The notes under the pieces are model-generated. The model was not told the DNA's origin. It saw only the letters and a list, made by a program, of their open reading frames with translations, and did no database searches. Source: Macrostomum hystrix (lineage: Eukaryota; Animalia; Platyhelminthes). From it: a DNA stretch of 64,000 nucleotides. How positions within the stretch are numbered: the first letter of the stretch is position 1; the number at the start of each line of letters is the position of its first letter. The stretch spans positions 9,486,001-9,550,000 of the forward strand of contig CATNEN010000038.1 of assembly GCA_950097015.1 (NCBI GenBank), given 5' to 3'. Both the position numbers and the translations under genes were made by a program. Positions 62,925 to 64,000 of the stretch are shown one piece after another.

Positions 62925-63272
62925 AATAATAATAATTGATTACACCTGCCCCAATTGAGCCAGGTGTGAAGCCGACAGCACAGCCGCAGCAATTGCGCGG
63001 CCCATCTGAAGGCTGCGTAAGACTGCTCAGTCCATGTGCTGAAACTGAAACAATTGGACGCGACACACAATCTCAATTATCAATTTAATAGCTGGGTAAA
63101 CTGTACCCAGCTATTGTCGTGTGTTGTGAGCCGCCAGGCTTCATGGCTAACCCTGAAGCAAATGCAGAGTTAAGTGTCTTGCTAAAAAACAAAAACTGTT
63201 CCAGTTGAGTTGGGAATCGAACCCCCGACCTTCAATTCGTGGCTCTGAGAATTTTACCACTATGCTACAGCC
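62925..63272 (-). mobile_element. SINE family A copy
   Basis: GGGAATCGAACCCCCGACCTTCAA, AAGTGTCTTGCTAAA, GACAGCACAGCCGCAGC and (TAA)n tail. Confidence 0.85.
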
Positions 63273-64000
63273 CCCTATTTTTGTATAACTTGGGTAGAAA
63301 AGCGCTTTCTCTACAAATATATATATATATATATATAAACTGCTTAAGAACACCACTCATTCTTTCAATTTGCGCTGTCATTTACCGTTACATCAAAGCG
63401 CTTTTTAATTTTGGAGTCTCTCCTTTCTTCGACCCTGGATCTAATCTGAGCTAACTCAAAACTTCTTAGACGAATTTAGACACCGGAATTGTTTTTTTAT
63501 TGGGGTTATAAGCAGTTAGTAACGTGTTCTCCACTGCTAGCCATCATACTAAGCATTGTGGGGGAAATTAAGGCTGCCGTCTTTGAGTATTGGGACTCAT
63601 TCTATTTCCGCAACTTAGCGAGTGTAAATATGTTTTCGCCCTTTCCTTGATAGTTAGTGTCAATTGTCCCCGGTCACTACGAGTATCTGATTTATCCTTT
63701 TCAAATACCTAGTCTTTTAGTCTAAATTTCCCTCTCGGAAGCAAGTTCAAGACATGCCGACAATAACAAGTTAAAACAAAAGAACGAAAATCGCCTTTGA
63801 CTGAGGTGAAACCAGGTCAGAGAAACATCTAAAAATACGTCAGGGTAACCTGGTGTGTTAATCAGGGAAGCGCTGCGAAAAACGGATATAAACTGTTTTT
63901 AATTTACTCGCTCTATACTTGGCCATATAGCCATGCATTTGTCCATTGTAGTTAGCGGCAGATAATTGATTTCCCTAAGCTCAAATTTGCATCGAGGTAT

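Overview
Eukaryotic (animal) genomic DNA with GT-AG spliced genes, GC-rich exons, AT-rich intergenic DNA, tRNA-derived SINEs and intronic satellites. The style suggests a free-living flatworm such as Macrostomum, but that is inference only. I assembled these genes by hand from splice sites and phases: an intronless TBP (-); a two-exon secreted inhibitor-cystine-knot peptide; a candidate secreted cationic peptide; two tandem paralogous 10-exon genes each encoding signal peptide + 6 kringle domains + one transmembrane helix + an enzyme-less cytoplasmic tail; a convergent non-classical cadherin with about 11 EC repeats (-); a transformer-2-like SR/RRM splicing factor; and NELF-B/COBRA1 (3' end unresolved). 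Mobile DNA includes two SINE families (at least 12 copies), RTE-like LINE relics, MITEs with TIRs and 8-bp TSDs, and decayed Merlin transposase and Crypton (DUF3504) tyrosine recombinase fragments not evident in the ORF track. Four introns carry large tandem arrays (15, 28, 28 and 20 bp units), one with a 3010-bp higher-order duplication. The long repetitive ORFs in the track are satellite artefacts. The strongest candidate for an undescribed system is the tandem pair of 6-kringle membrane receptors with unrelated tails.
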